From: Albugo candida
Taxonomy: Eukaryota
Reading direction: 5' to 3'
Assembly (NCBI GenBank): GCA_040437565.1
Contig: JBDOQK010000004.1
Location: 496,001 to 560,000 of the forward strand
DNA: 64,000 nt
The notes beneath the pieces are model-generated. The model was not told where the DNA came from, ran no database searches, and saw only the letters and a program-made list of their open reading frames with translations. Within the stretch, counting starts at the first letter, position 1. Each line of letters opens with the position of its first letter. Position numbers and translations under genes: made by a program. This document shows, in pieces, positions 1-12,848 of the stretch.

Positions 1-841
1 TTTGGACGATCTGATTCGGATGAGTGAGGATGTATCGATGAGAATACAAAGGCTGGCTCGATAAAACAGCATTCGGGTTGTTGCTGTTGATTTTGGACGT
101 CAAATGAAAGCTATGGTATCCATCCGGAAGTATCATATCCGAGCTCTGAGAGTCAATCGTATACGAATGCCCAACAATAATACGAAACAAAACGGCGTAA
201 ACACCATCCATTGTTGTTGATTGTGGTAAAGTCAGTTTTCCAACGCACATCGGTGTTGCATTTTGCGCAAGTGCGGTCGAAAGTTCGAGTGGATTTTCAG
301 ATAACGTGTCAATATCATCGATAAGAATCCAGGAATCGAGTGTGAGCAAGTCCGAGACGCTATTGTCCACATTTGGAGACGGTAATTTCCAGGCAGTAAA
401 TTCGTTCAAGTCGTATTCTTCAAGAGCGCACTATCGGTACACAATGTTGAAAGTAAATTACCGAGACGGTATGGTCGCACCTGTAACAGATATTTGATGC
501 GATAAAACTCTGGGGACGTTTTAGGTATGGTTGGAAATGGAAGCTTTCGCGCTAGTGAAATACGTATAAGTAAACGTTCTTGTGTATACCGTGTGCCAAA
601 TACCTTCCAACTTATCTTGCGTACACGTTTCCATTGATGAAATATCACCTTTTTCTGAACAAGAAGTGCGAGGCTGACGTGTCACTTGTTCCTTAGCAGT
701 GAATCGCTCCGAATTCGTTCTACTTTGTTGTTTCGATTGCAATTGCATCAATCTATCCTCATTTTCCTTACGCTTCAAAAACATTCGCATTCTCTGCAAT
801 GAAGCATCGTGTTGACTCTCCTTTGTTTTATCGCCTTCCAT
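1..841 (-). CDS. Multi-exon hypothetical protein running off the left edge of the window
   Basis: ATG ORF 841-521, plus a stop-free minus-strand frame from an AG acceptor (~431) to base 1 reading CALEEYDLNEF...VYAVLFRIIVGHSY...LPDGYHSFHL...HRYILTHPNQIVQ. The exon junctions between the two parts are not resolved. Confidence 0.5.
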
Positions 842-912
842 TCCGAGTGTCCTTTCAAGATCTGAGAGAATTTCTATTAAGTGAACCCTTCATTCAATAA
901 AGTCACGACACA

Positions 913-1617
913 ATGAGTGAAAATGGCACTTCGACCACACGAAAAAATACGTCAAAAACAGTGAAAATTTCGCAAACTGTTTCGTCTCATTCGAATTCGA
1001 ATTCAAAAGATCCGAAGAATCGCTTTTTTTTACAAAAAGCGCGATGGGGAAGCGTTTCCCACCGCCATACCGATCCAGAAGTATGGTATGCAAGCGAGTA
1101 CGATCCATTGCGGATGGGAAGTATTGATGGTACAGGCGACATCCTCCATGACAAAGCCCTTCTTCGTGCTTCTAAACACCATTTCGATCCGAATTTAGAC
1201 GCAACTATCAAAAGTGATCCAAAGAAAACACTTTTTGTTGGTCGTATTCACTTGCAAACGAGTCAAGAATCCGTGCGCCAATTTTTCGCATCGTACGGTC
1301 CAATTGCTCATATTCGTCTTGTTCGAGACATCGTAACAAAAGTTTCCAAAGGGTATGCTTTTGTGGAGTATCATCATCGATGTGACTTTGAGCGAGCATT
1401 AGAAGATGCACATCATCGGCTTTTGGATGGACGAAAGCTTCTGGTTGATTATGAACGAAGTCGTCTAATGCCGGGATGGAAGCCAAGACGTTTGGGTGGA
1501 GGTCTTGGTGGAAGGAAAGAATCTGGACAATTGCGTTTTGGAGGTCGAGAGTATCCATTTAAAAGACCGTATTTCCGAGCTGGACGCAAAGGGTTTTTGT
1601 GCATTGATTCCAATTGA
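913..1617 (+). CDS. SNRNP35: U11/U12 small nuclear ribonucleoprotein 35 kDa (minor spliceosome RRM protein)
   Basis: YDPLRMGSIDGT, DPKKTLFVGRI (RNP2), KGYAFVEY (RNP1) and VDYERSRLMPGWKPRRLGGGLGGRKESGQLRFGGR match the family signature. Confidence 0.93.
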   Translation: MSENGTSTTRKNTSKTVKISQTVSSHSNSNSKDPKNRFFLQKARWGSVSHRHTDPEVWYASEYDPLRMGSIDGTGDILHDKALLRASKHHFDPNLDATIKSDPKKTLFVGRIHLQTSQESVRQFFASYGPIAHIRLVRDIVTKVSKGYAFVEYHHRCDFERALEDAHHRLLDGRKLLVDYERSRLMPGWKPRRLGGGLGGRKESGQLRFGGREYPFKRPYFRAGRKGFLCIDSN

Positions 1618-1621
1618 CTAT

Positions 1622-4600
1622 TCAATTGTCCAATAAACTGTTTTGACGAGTGACGAATTCAATTTCATTTTTGATGCTTTTGGTTGAATCGATACGCCAC
1701 TCTTTGTCGGAATGACACTTTGCCCCCATAATCGAGCGACGATCCAATATTTTCGTGTGGAGAGAGTCGAGTTCGGCTTCGAGTTGTAATTCCCGTGCGA
1801 CACTTTCACTTAACAGCTGTTCGAGATACTTGATGCGACTTTGATCGGGTGCCATTTGCAATGCTTCACGGATATTACGACCTTGTGAGCGCTGTCGAGT
1901 CCGTTCTTCCGCTCCACGACGATATCGTTCGACCATTGTGTTGTCGAAATCGGGTAAATCCATGATTATGGACGCAGAAGGCGCTTCTTCGGGTGAGTCT
2001 GGTGCATCACTTGGTTGATCAACGTTGATGGACTCGGCTCGATTATCCACAGAGGCGGATGCGTCATCGTCGCTCATGTCCGAACAGTCTGAAAATACTG
2101 ATTTGGCTCGATATTCGTCATAATCGTGTATTCCTTCGACTTCTAATCGCATGGCGGATTCTTCAGTGTCCAAGTCTTCGTTGTATGGATTCCCGCCTTC
2201 ACTCACATTGGAAACCTGATCGGCTCCACATTCGCTGTTAAGAGCGTCTTCTCCTGGCACTACCATCTCCATGAATTCCACGTAATCAGGATGACTTTCA
2301 GGATCCCAGCGAAAGTACATTGCGTCCCACAAGACCACGCGTTTGAGATTCGCACGAGGATAAAGGACTCGATTGGTGTGTTTGTACATTGGATTAAGAA
2401 ATGGCATGGAGCATTCCAACACAGGCGTCCAGACAGATTCGGTTCGTTCCCAAATCTTTTCGAAAATACGCTCTCGCTCGGAATTGTACAAGAATGTTCC
2501 ATAAAGCCCTGAAATGAGAGCATCCGCGATATGCAATAAGAACTTTTCGTTGAATTCAAAGCAAGTGGGAAATTGTCGTGCCATTTGCCACACACAATCC
2601 AAAAATTGGAGCATGACTGGTGATCTCTCATTCGGTTGATCTGTAATGTCCTTCCCGACACCGATTCGATCTGCAAACTTGTGGCCAAATGAACACCACT
2701 CTTTTTCAATAAGAATTGAAAATCCACGAATTGTACGGTAATACGGATCGAGAATCAGCTGTGCCAAGGCCACAAGCTGCGGTGTCCGATCCCATCCATC
2801 ACTGCAGTGCACGAGAACGGATGCGCCAACTTCATGCAAGACTTCAGCCACACGCCTTGCTCCCGATAACACTCTCATTACGTGCTTGAGCCATCTAGTA
2901 TCTTAATGCAAAGACGTCAATATTGATTCATGTGAATGCGTGGAGAGGTATGCGTACTTTCGAGACGATTGTGATAGTGTTTGTCTCCATCTTCGATACT
3001 GCTGGGACTTACGAGCACTACACAACGGATCATAAGAAATGGAGGACATTTTGTTTCTGTGAATACATACATTTAAGTGCATCGAGTGAATCGCGCATTT
3101 TGTGTATATTTGCAATGCCAAGGAATTCCACTGTCGCGTTATCGTAATGCTGTGAGTTTTCCACTCCTACAGAGACGAATAAGTCTTTATAAGAGGATAC
3201 TAAATCAGATTCCATACCTTTCCCTTTAAGTCGATTCCCTTTTGTGGCTATTGGCTTTCGAGCGTCGAGGATATGTAATGGAGGTGAGATGCCAGCGCTA
3301 TTGGCGTTTGCAGAATCGCGATATGCTTTCAGTAAGATCCGATCGGATTCGGAACGATTACCAGCCATTCCATAGTTTGGTTGACTGGATCGTGCGAGCA
3401 CACTTTTGTTGACAGGATGTCGCCATACAACCACAGGTAATCGGGCTCTGGAACGGAAGCGTGCGGACTGAACTAGCTCATCTTCCGACATTTTCGACGG
3501 CACAACCATTAATTGTGGATATGTTGGACTAAATCGAAACTTGGAGTTCTTCAGTAAGCGCCATGTGATGATTTCTCTACTGTCCGATGATACACTATTT
3601 TGTTGTCTGAGACTGGAAGATCCTTGATGACGAAGAAATCCCAGTCGTTGGTATTCTGTCACTGGAGAATACACGAGCCATCCATCTTCTCTTCGACTTA
3701 TTCCACTCTTGCGGTGTTTTGACTTTTCCGCATGATAATCAAAAGCAAACAACGAATTGATCTGTGTCGGAGGTTTCATTCGAAGTGTCAGTAGATTGAG
3801 CCATCGGATGTCGGGATTCGATGGTGGCTGATCGTATCCTTTCTTTCGTGAGTAAGCGTCATGCATTGCCAGTCGAATCGTTCGTAAGTCCTTGCAAGCA
3901 ATCAATAGCATGAGTCCATCCCTCGTGATCAAATCGATTGCGGCTAGGGGAAGTTCGAATGACCCGAATTTCCATGCAGAATCGTAAGGTGAAAAGGTAA
4001 CTCTATAAGTTGTGATTTTTAGTACTCCTTGTACAGCACGGTCGTTTTGTGACATCACCACTAAATTCGTGACTCGTTGAACGTGCTCCAATACTGTTTC
4101 ACCTTCAAATAATGTGATTGGGTCTTTGATCAAAGTTTCTTGCAAGCGTGATCGTATCACACCATCGGATACACCATACGTAGCGGAAACACTCGTTACT
4201 GAAGCTGGAGATTCCGTCACGCCACACGTATTTCTCTTCAACATTACTTTGCCTTGTTCCAGTACTTCTTGAAATAACTTTCGATCGTCCACGCTATAAA
4301 AATTGACTTTTCGATTGACTGATGCATTTCCCGTTTGTATTTTCAAATGTAATCCAAATTTCGAGTACGGTTTGGCCGTGATCGCAGCACAAGAATACGT
4401 CTCTCGACTTTCCTGTGGGATCATAAAGCTGAGTATACGAGCTTCGACATCAATCTGAATCTGCATGGAAGCTTTCTTACTCCCAAGCTTCTCGAACACA
4501 CTGTCGGCTTTTCGAACTGTGAACGTGAATGGCGACATCATTTCCGTCCGTAATGTGCCAAAAGATGCAACATCCCGNNNNNNNNNNNNNNNNNNNNNNN

Positions 4601-5667
4601 NNNNNNNNNNNNNNNNNNNNNNNNNNNNNNNNNNNNNNNNNNNNNNNNNNNNNNNNNNNNNNNNNNNNNNNNNNNNNCAAATGTAATCCAAATTTCGAGT
4701 ACGGTTTGGCCGTGATCGCAGCACAAGAATACGTCTCTCGACTTTCCTGTGGGATCATAAAGCTGAGTATACGAGCTTCGACATCAATCTGAATCTGCAT
4801 GGAAGCTTTCTTACTCCCAAGCTTCTCGAACACACTGTCGGCTTTTCGAACTGTGAACGTGAATGGCGACATCATTTCCGTCCGTAATGTGCCAAAAGAT
4901 GCAACATCCCGTGTGTTGAATCCAAAGAGATTGGAATTCCCAGTTGTCAATCCACCTCGATTCTCTAACAAACTCCCGGAATTGCTGTGTTGCATGGTCT
5001 GACAAGGTCCTCGATTGCCTGTAAAACTACCTGAATCATTTCTGTAATTCGCTACTCGATCCGTTGAATGACTGTCTATCCCATTCACACTGTGCTTCCC
5101 ATTGTCTCCCAACGCTGAATTGGATGCTCGCGTTTCCGTTCGCGGTATTTCCATCGAAAAATTCCCTCCCGCGCTAGTATTTCCCTCATAATTCGTCTTC
5201 GATGACTGTACGTGCGACGGAAATAAAAACGAAGACGACATCGAGCCCTGACCATCATTCATATATCGTGTTAGGAATCCGTCGGATTTGTTGGAAGATT
5301 CGAATTCGTATTCATTTTCATCATTCATACTGTCTTCCGTGCGTTCTTTCCTTGTAATAATATCCGCATCGATTTCCACTTCAAAATCCTCATCTTCGTC
5401 TCTATCGTCATCTTCATTCACACTGGAACTCGACATGAATCCTTTCGACACTTCCGCGCGCTTCTCTTCTTCGCTTGGATCACGTCCGATTAATCGCCAC
5501 GCTTGTAGTGTGGCTTCCCCTGCTTGTAAGAGGTTCTGTTCAGCCATCAAAAGCTTGTCGAGAGTTGCACTATCCATTGACATTTGCTGTTGTATGAAAA
5601 GAGTGTCCTTAGCGCTCTGCGATTCCTCTTTTCCGATCGGAGAGGGAGAAGTTGAAGATGACGGCAT
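1622..5667 (-). CDS. Myotubularin-family phosphoinositide 3-phosphatase (PH-GRAM + PTP domain, C-terminal coiled coil)
   Basis: Catalytic VLVHCSDGWDRT, SPTYPQ, ARFRSRARLPV, RSSQP, IEKEWCSFGHKF. GT-AG introns at 3167-3217, 3018-3070 and 2902-2957 restore one frame. The apparent frameshift at the 4578-4677 gap is a contig-overlap artefact. Confidence 0.93.
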
Positions 5668-7682
5668 TTGGATGTTGAACTTGCGGGGAAAGAGTGTTTG
5701 TCAGTATGGAGAGTTGAAGATTGGATCGGTATTGATCCGCAGTTTATTTTGATTGAAATGCTGTTCGTTTTTGTGCTCAAGTACGTATTGTGGAATGTAT
5801 GCAAAATGTATGTGACAATTAAGTGTACAATACGAAGAAATTAGACTTATTGTTATAATTTATTATCTTGATTATTGTCTAATTATAAGACCAGCAAATT
5901 GATGGATTATTGCAAATGGTACATGGTTTGATAGGGTTTTACATTAAGAAAAAGACGCGTTTTAGATGACAAACTAGAACGAAGCTATGTGAGAATTTAT
6001 TACGATCTGGCTTGATTTGTAGACGAGTTTGGTTGCTAGTGTTTTCGGCGACACTGAGTGGTTGGTGTTTAACAGGCTCTATCCATCAGAATTAACCACT
6101 ATGTGCAGCCACATATAGCAGAATCACGTATGTGGGCATAACACCTATCATATCTCCCAGACGATAATTCTTTCGTGAGAATACAATGATGAGAATGTCG
6201 CACACAGATATATTGATTATCGTATTAATAAATACGGTTCGTGGAATTAGGTGCACCCTACACCTGGATTTGTAATGTTATACCTCACTTGCGACCCTCA
6301 CACTGCATTCTTGAATCTCTTTCGCATACCAAAATTCTGATTTATTTGTTGGTATCAGGTAGTTACTATGTTTTGTATATTACAGAGTTTGTCCAGAAGA
6401 GGTGTGTCGATACGGTTTCAAAGATGCGATCTGTATAATTCGGATAAGGGATTGACAATCACATTGTCCTAGATTTTTACCAGTTTAGGGTGAAGAGAGA
6501 TGTAAATGTCTCATTCAGAGACAAACCTTCAGCGTACTGAAAGTACACATCAAACAGATCTATTAGCCTCTTCTTCTTGATCAAGAGACTTAATATGCTC
6601 GATGATAGGACTCAAGGCTGTGTTGTAAGGCCAGATAGTGCTAGAAGTAGCTTTATAGAATACTTGCGCAGGATCTTATGCTCACCGAAAAGCCTCACGT
6701 TTCGGTCTAGGTGAATTATTCAACAATGCGTCTATCGCCATAGTATTTACCTATTAAGGACTTTTGGATCCAACTATGTTGCCTCTATGACACAGAGTAA
6801 TGGCTCTATTTGCTGGCAACCGTCAGGTCGTATCTGTTGAGCAAAATAGTGTGATACATCTGTTGGTCCCGATTATAAGCCTTACAAAAATTCTCAATTG
6901 TATTTCTAATGTCACTTCAACGAATTACATCACTTCCTATGTTAAGCAGTGAATTACTGACAGTCAACGACTGCATTCTGCTGCATTTATTATCATAGCA
7001 AACATTCCCAAACTTTACACATCCTGGCAAAACGTAATATCTAATTTCTAAAAAGAGCATTTGCAGTACAGTACAAACATAAAGTTATGGCTTCGTTGTG
7101 ACAGAATCAACACAGCTGAGAGGGTAGAAGGCTCGACAATATTCTAATTGAGCTATTCTAAAACTTGTGTTTAGATCGTGGAGCTCTACACAGATATTAG
7201 TGTATTACGTTTAATTCTATTTATGGATGATCAGTTCTAGGACATTAAGTACATTATAAAGTGACACATATGAGACTCGAGCTGGATAACAAATAAGACA
7301 AACGTATTGCGGAAAGGTTCTTCTGATCAGCAACAAGTCTAATTTGTCGTGCACGTAAATTATTATTCATTCGGCGCGCCCTCAAGTGTGTCTGAGCTGA
7401 TCGTCTACAGGTAAAACGTATAGTATATCGATCAACGTGATGCCCATATCACTATGTAGCACAGAAGCGATCTCATTCGATAGAAAATCTCTATTATAGG
7501 TTATGATGATTATTCGACAACTTTGGTAAGGACGAAGCTCACTTAGCTGAGACAGCATTTCATAAAAGTATCTTATATAACTTCACTGTCGCTTCAATGC
7601 AAATTTCTTAAAATATATACCGCAAATAATTCGAGAAGAAACTTGCGCGCATATTACGAAAACACGCCGTTTTCTTCGACGA

Positions 7683-10226
7683 CTAAATACTTTCTTCATA
7701 CGTTGCTTTGACTGTTGTCGATTGCATAACAGCGGAATGAATCGAACTTACGGCTAGAGTCGTATCCAGAGTTGCTGGAACATCCAATTCTGTAATTTCC
7801 TGAAAAGGAAACGTGTCTTGTCTTCGTTTTCCTCCAATAAGCTGTCTTTCGAGTTGCCACGCTCGCTCTAAAGAAGCGTACTTGAACGTCCGACTTCGTT
7901 CTCCTGCTGTTGTAGGTGAGCCAATTGATCGAGACGTAGCGGCTTCTGTGAAAATAGCACCACTCGGAATGGCTGTAGCCGGAATAGATAAAATATCACG
8001 GGCTAGTTTTGCCAAGTTCGGAAAACGGGTCTCGTTCGATTTCCACCACAAAAACGGGTCAGACCGTTTATCTCGAATCAATGTAGCGTCAAAGAATCGA
8101 TCCACTTCATCTCCATCCATGGCGTAATCCGATATTCCTTCACCAATATCCAACAGTCTGTCAAAAGTCGAGTACGCTGAGCTCGATTCATGTCGTTCCG
8201 AGTGAGCGTGAGCTTGGGAATTTGAAAGTGTGTCATGCACGTTTTTGTGAAGCATTTCGCGTAGAAATTCTTTTTTCTCAGCTTTGTCAATCGATTCATT
8301 TGAAAATCGAGGATCGAGGATTTTTGCTAGCGTGAAAAACGAAGACGCGCTTGTTTGGTACGACTCTACACTCACCTTGACCTTGACACAAGCTGCCTGA
8401 ATTTTTGTGCACACCTCATCTGAGAGCTCCATCGCCGAAGATGCTGTGCTATCACACAAACCGATGATCGCTTTGCATACGTTCAAAGACGTACTTAATG
8501 AGATGTGTTTCTGGTCACTTTGACATGTCGCCATCTGTATGCATTTTTGAAAAAAAGTTGCGGTCCAAAAAAGAAGATCCCATTCAATCTCATCCAAAAG
8601 GAACAAATTCATTCCATTGGAAGTATCGCCATACAGCGTATTAATCACATCTTTGACTTTGATACTATTAAGTATCATCGCAATGGTCGATCNNNNNNNN
8701 NNNNNNNNNNNNNNNNNNNNNNNNNNNNNNNNNNNNNNNNNNNNNNNNNNNNNNNNNNNNNNNNNNNNNNNNNNNNNNNNNNNNNNNNNNNNGATGATCG
8801 CTTTGCATACGTTCAAAGACGTACTTAATGAGATGTGTTTCTGGTCACTTTGACATGTCGCCATCTGTATGCATTTTTGAAAAAAAGTTGCGGTCCAAAA
8901 AAGAAGATCCCATTCAATCTCATCCAAAAGGAACAAATTCATTCCATTGGAAGTATCGCCATACAGCGTATTAATCACATCTTTGACTTTGATACTATTA
9001 AGTATCATCGCAATGGTCGATCGCCAATGAATTGGTGTGTCCAGATTCGGTAATTGATACTGATCAGCAATCTGCGGTAACACCATATCACTCGCTTTGT
9101 TGGTGAGGTGCTCATGAGTTTCCATCACAGATTGCAACAGAGATAGTAAAGAACGAAGCTTGAGTATTTCCGGTTCAATTTCTTTTAAACCTGCCAGCAT
9201 TCCAACATGGATCAAATGTCCCAAGCAAGTGATATTCCAATTGGAAGCAATAGAGTCTGTTCCAATCAAAACTTTGATTTTCTCGCGTAAGAAACCCATT
9301 CCAACGGATGCTTCATCGCACATCGGAAGAACACCACATAACAGGCGATTGGCAATTCCCCACTGATTCTGTAGCACATGATACAGCAGATCAGATAGAA
9401 AATATGCATTTCTAGTGGTAGGGTACGCTTCCAGTCCAATCTGCATCGTCTTGCATTCCCAGTCCGCATTGATCCAGTATATATGAATCCCCATATATTC
9501 TTTTTCCGTTCGACCAGACCACGTATCACATGAGAATGCAATACGACCGGTAGTGGAGCGACTCAGGTACTCTTTCATTCGATGAAATGATGCAAAATAT
9601 CGACGTTCTACAATTTTTGAAAACATATCGACGGAAGGAAATGTCGGTTTTATACCAATCGCAGTGAATATGTCGAGAAAGTTATCACATTGTAACAAAG
9701 TTGCGTCTTGACCGTCATGAATCATCCAATCAATCAATGCGCCGTTCAGATTCCTTAATTTTTGACGTTTTATTCCTCCCACACTCTCAGTCTCAAAACT
9801 TACGGACCCATGCGATGTGCCATCTTTTCGATGTTGTGGGCCAATTATCATTTTCTTATCTGTTAAGTTTGTTTGTGGATTGGAAATATGACGTTTGTGT
9901 CGTCGAATCCCTCCTGTTGATTCGGTCAGCGTGGCGGCAATTTCAGCGTGTCGTTTTGCGTGACGCATCATGGATGATGTTCCATGGCGCGTGCTGAATG
10001 TCTTATGGCATAAATTACATTTTGCAGAGTCGATGACTCCATCACGCAATCCAGAACTCGAAATTGGTGTAAACGTCTCCCAAACCACACTGGTTAGCTT
10101 TTTTTTTCGTACAGGCTCATCGGTATGAAAACTGGTCATTTCATCTGCTTGTTTGATGTGCAGCGTTTCTATTGTCTCTAGTTTTGAGACCTCTCCGATT
10201 GTAGAAGCCTGCGCTTCTATTTTCAT
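7683..10226 (-). CDS. BED zinc-finger / hAT transposase-derived protein (ZBED-like, probably catalytically inactive)
   Basis: BED finger (SVVWETF...AKCNLC...GTSSMMRHAKRH), RNase-H-like FSCDTWS, CxxH (CLGHLIH) and hAT dimerisation block (PFLWWK...FPNLAKLARDILSIPAT). About 737 aa after removing the 330-nt gap/overlap duplication. Confidence 0.85.
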   Translation of the reverse strand: MKIEAQASTIGEVSKLETIETLHIKQADEMTSFHTDEPVRKKKLTSVVWETFTPISSSGLRDGVIDSAKCNLCHKTFSTRHGTSSMMRHAKRHAEIAATLTESTGGIRRHKRHISNPQTNLTDKKMIIGPQHRKDGTSHGSVSFETESVGGIKRQKLRNLNGALIDWMIHDGQDATLLQCDNFLDIFTAIGIKPTFPSVDMFSKIVERRYFASFHRMKEYLSRSTTGRIAFSCDTWSGRTEKEYMGIHIYWINADWECKTMQIGLEAYPTTRNAYFLSDLLYHVLQNQWGIANRLLCGVLPMCDEASVGMGFLREKIKVLIGTDSIASNWNITCLGHLIHVGMLAGLKEIEPEILKLRSLLSLLQSVMETHEHLTNKASDMVLPQIADQYQLPNLDTPIHWRSTIAMILNSIKVKDVINTLYGDTSNGMNLFLLDEIEWDLLFWTATFFQKCIQMATCQSDQKHISLSTSLNVCKAIIXXXXXXXXXXXXXXXXXXXXXXXXXXXXXXXXXXSTIAMILNSIKVKDVINTLYGDTSNGMNLFLLDEIEWDLLFWTATFFQKCIQMATCQSDQKHISLSTSLNVCKAIIGLCDSTASSAMELSDEVCTKIQAACVKVKVSVESYQTSASSFFTLAKILDPRFSNESIDKAEKKEFLREMLHKNVHDTLSNSQAHAHSERHESSSAYSTFDRLLDIGEGISDYAMDGDEVDRFFDATLIRDKRSDPFLWWKSNETRFPNLAKLARDILSIPATAIPSGAIFTEAATSRSIGSPTTAGERSRTFKYASLERAWQLERQLIGGKRRQDTFPFQEITELDVPATLDTTLAVSSIHSAVMQSTTVKATYEESI

Positions 10227-11298
10227 TCGGTTTATTCCGCTGATAGCTGCTGCTTGCTACATGGAGGCATACGAGGTGCACTTAGGTCCGGTTCGATTGC
10301 AGAGACGGTTTATGAACGTACATGATGAAACCCGCCCGACCCGGCGATAGAATGGAAAGCAAGCGAAGAATTGGTGAATGTAGCCTACGTCTTAGTGTGA
10401 ACCGGTTTCGGGTTGGACCGGTTTGAGTGACAACACATGTCGTCATTTTAAGGATATAAATGTAAATTACGAAGACTTTTCCATTAAATGTATGGGTTTC
10501 AGTATGGACACTTTGTTTGATTCGACAATGGAACCGTTCATTACCATTTCGTCCAATATAAAATGTGCTTTTTCGAGGTTGAACATGATCTGAACAAAGA
10601 GTGAATGATATGATAGAAAAACACGGTTTTTTAAAACTCACATCAAGCTCACACTATTTGGGTCCAGTCGAGAGTGCAATGTGAACGTAAATGGTTACGA
10701 TAACGCTAAAAGAATGATAAGACGGATAGACGTACCACACTCTCAAAGTATTTATCCATTGTTTCCACTAAGGCATGAATAAACTCCAAAATGCCAAGTT
10801 CGTTCTGCTTATTGAATGTGAGTATAACGTTTGATAAGAGATAAATGGTATCCAACCTCCGAATCGTCATTCTGTACACCAACTATGAAGAATAACGATG
10901 CATATCGACGGTAAATCACTTTGTAACCACGATATTCCACAAAAGAACACTACAGGAAACGATTAAGTAAAGTATAACAGCATGATATCCACACACACCT
11001 GATTCTCATTGCGACTCAAGCACTTTCGTATAATTTCCGCTTCTAACGCGACTCTCTCTTGAATGGATAAAAAATCGTAATACTGAGCTAGGCGCGTCTG
11101 CCCTTGTTTGTTTACCATCAGTACAAACTTTATCATTCTAGCTACAATTTAATTTCGTCACAATCAAAAATCTCTCGATAAATAATGATACCGGTAGCAT
11201 ATCGGTATAATATGTTAGACTGAATCGTACAGCACCCTGTTCTAAAGCGCATTTCACCTAAATACTGTCCCCCACACAAAAATAAACAGTTTCTCATA

Positions 11299-12756
11299 AT
11301 GAATGAACGCTCAAAGCTACTTCAAGTTGATTTCACGCGATCATCCACTCATTATGTCTATCATTTTATCATTTACACGGTCTTCTTTTTGACATTGTGC
11401 ATCTCATTCTTTCCGAATAAAACCTCGGATATAATCAACCACTTCTCCACCATAAATGTATCCGATCCATTTCATTCTCCTCACGAGACCGGGTACATTA
11501 AAATACCCACCAAAAACGAAGATTACTATTTTTACTGGTACTCCGAGTCTCAAAATGATCCTAAATCCGATCCGCTTGTCCTTTGGCTTTCTGGCGGTCC
11601 CGGTTTCTCCAGTATGGTCGCTCTCTTTCTGGAAAATGGGCCTTGGATTTTGAAAAACAACATCTTTACACGTAATCTCTTTGCATGGAATAATGCGGCC
11701 AATGTAATTTGGCTCGATCAACCAACAAATGTCGGTTTTTCCTATACCAAAGACACTGAAAATGACGTGGATAGAAATGAGACAATGATCGGTCAAAGTA
11801 TTTATTATTTTTTACAAGAATTTATGAAAAAGCATCCAGAATTACGTCATCGCTCCTTCTTTATCGCTGGCGAGAGTTACGCAGGGCATTATATACCCGC
11901 TGTAACCCACTACATATTCAATCAACCACCAATCGGCTCTATAACGTCCAAAACATTACCATTAAATCTCAAGGGTATTTCTATCGGAAACGGGTACATC
12001 GACACAATAATTCATACCCAGCATATCTTTGATATCGTTAATAACGCGTATAACGTTACATTACTGAACAAAACACAGTTAATTCAAGCACAAGCATCTC
12101 AAAAAGAATGTATTAAACGTATCCGTGCGTGCCTGGAAGACCCAACCTTACTCACTGCAACACGTCGTTATTGTGCTGTTAACGTTCTCAGTGTCCTCGC
12201 TCATTCAGGTCGTAACATGTATGATCTACGACTTCCATCCAAACTTCTCAATAACGCAACCAAGCCAATTGGATACTTTGACTTTAGCTCATTGGCTGCC
12301 TTTCTCAACAAACCAGAGACTCGCCAGGCTATAAATGTAAATTACAAACAAATCCCTCAATGGAGATACACCAATCCTCAAATCGCAAATGATTTTGCAG
12401 CAAGTTTACAATTCTTTCAAAGTTCAATGGAATTTATTACAGAATTGCTCAACCGCACAAGTGTGCGTGTCCTGCTCTACGCGGGAGACACTGATTTAGT
12501 GTGCAATTGGAATGTAGTCCAAGCAGTTGCAATAAAACTCCAATGGTACGGTCAACGAGGATTCCAGCAAGCTAAATTGTACCCTCTACTGCTGTCAAAA
12601 TCAAACACAGTAGAAGTAGGCCGTGTCCAATCATTCGACCGACTCACGCTCATCCGCGTTTTTAATGCTGGGCATATGGTACCGGCCGACCAACCAGCGG
12701 TGGCAGCCAGCATCTTTGAGAGATTTGTTCGTAACGAGTCTAATGCGTCTTCCTAG
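11299..12756 (+). CDS. Serine carboxypeptidase, family S10, with N-terminal membrane anchor/signal
   Basis: DPLVLWLSGGPG, WLDQPTNVGFSY, nucleophile GESYAGHY, YAGDTDLVCN (Asp) and AGHMVPADQP (His). Hydrophobic segment around residues 19-38. Intronless. Confidence 0.93.
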   Translation: MNERSKLLQVDFTRSSTHYVYHFIIYTVFFLTLCISFFPNKTSDIINHFSTINVSDPFHSPHETGYIKIPTKNEDYYFYWYSESQNDPKSDPLVLWLSGGPGFSSMVALFLENGPWILKNNIFTRNLFAWNNAANVIWLDQPTNVGFSYTKDTENDVDRNETMIGQSIYYFLQEFMKKHPELRHRSFFIAGESYAGHYIPAVTHYIFNQPPIGSITSKTLPLNLKGISIGNGYIDTIIHTQHIFDIVNNAYNVTLLNKTQLIQAQASQKECIKRIRACLEDPTLLTATRRYCAVNVLSVLAHSGRNMYDLRLPSKLLNNATKPIGYFDFSSLAAFLNKPETRQAINVNYKQIPQWRYTNPQIANDFAASLQFFQSSMEFITELLNRTSVRVLLYAGDTDLVCNWNVVQAVAIKLQWYGQRGFQQAKLYPLLLSKSNTVEVGRVQSFDRLTLIRVFNAGHMVPADQPAVAASIFERFVRNESNASS

Positions 12757-12848
12757 TAAAATGAAACATAGTGTGTACACAATTTAAACGCTATATACGG
12801 CACCTGAACTATGTATAGAATGCAAGTCGGGTTGCAGTCTCAACCTAT

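Noticed and set aside
5900-7100. Faint copia RT/RNase H-like words on the plus strand (NGTW, SLVAS, NGSICW)
   Set aside because: Too degenerate to support by eye, and no LTRs were found; it would need a translated search.
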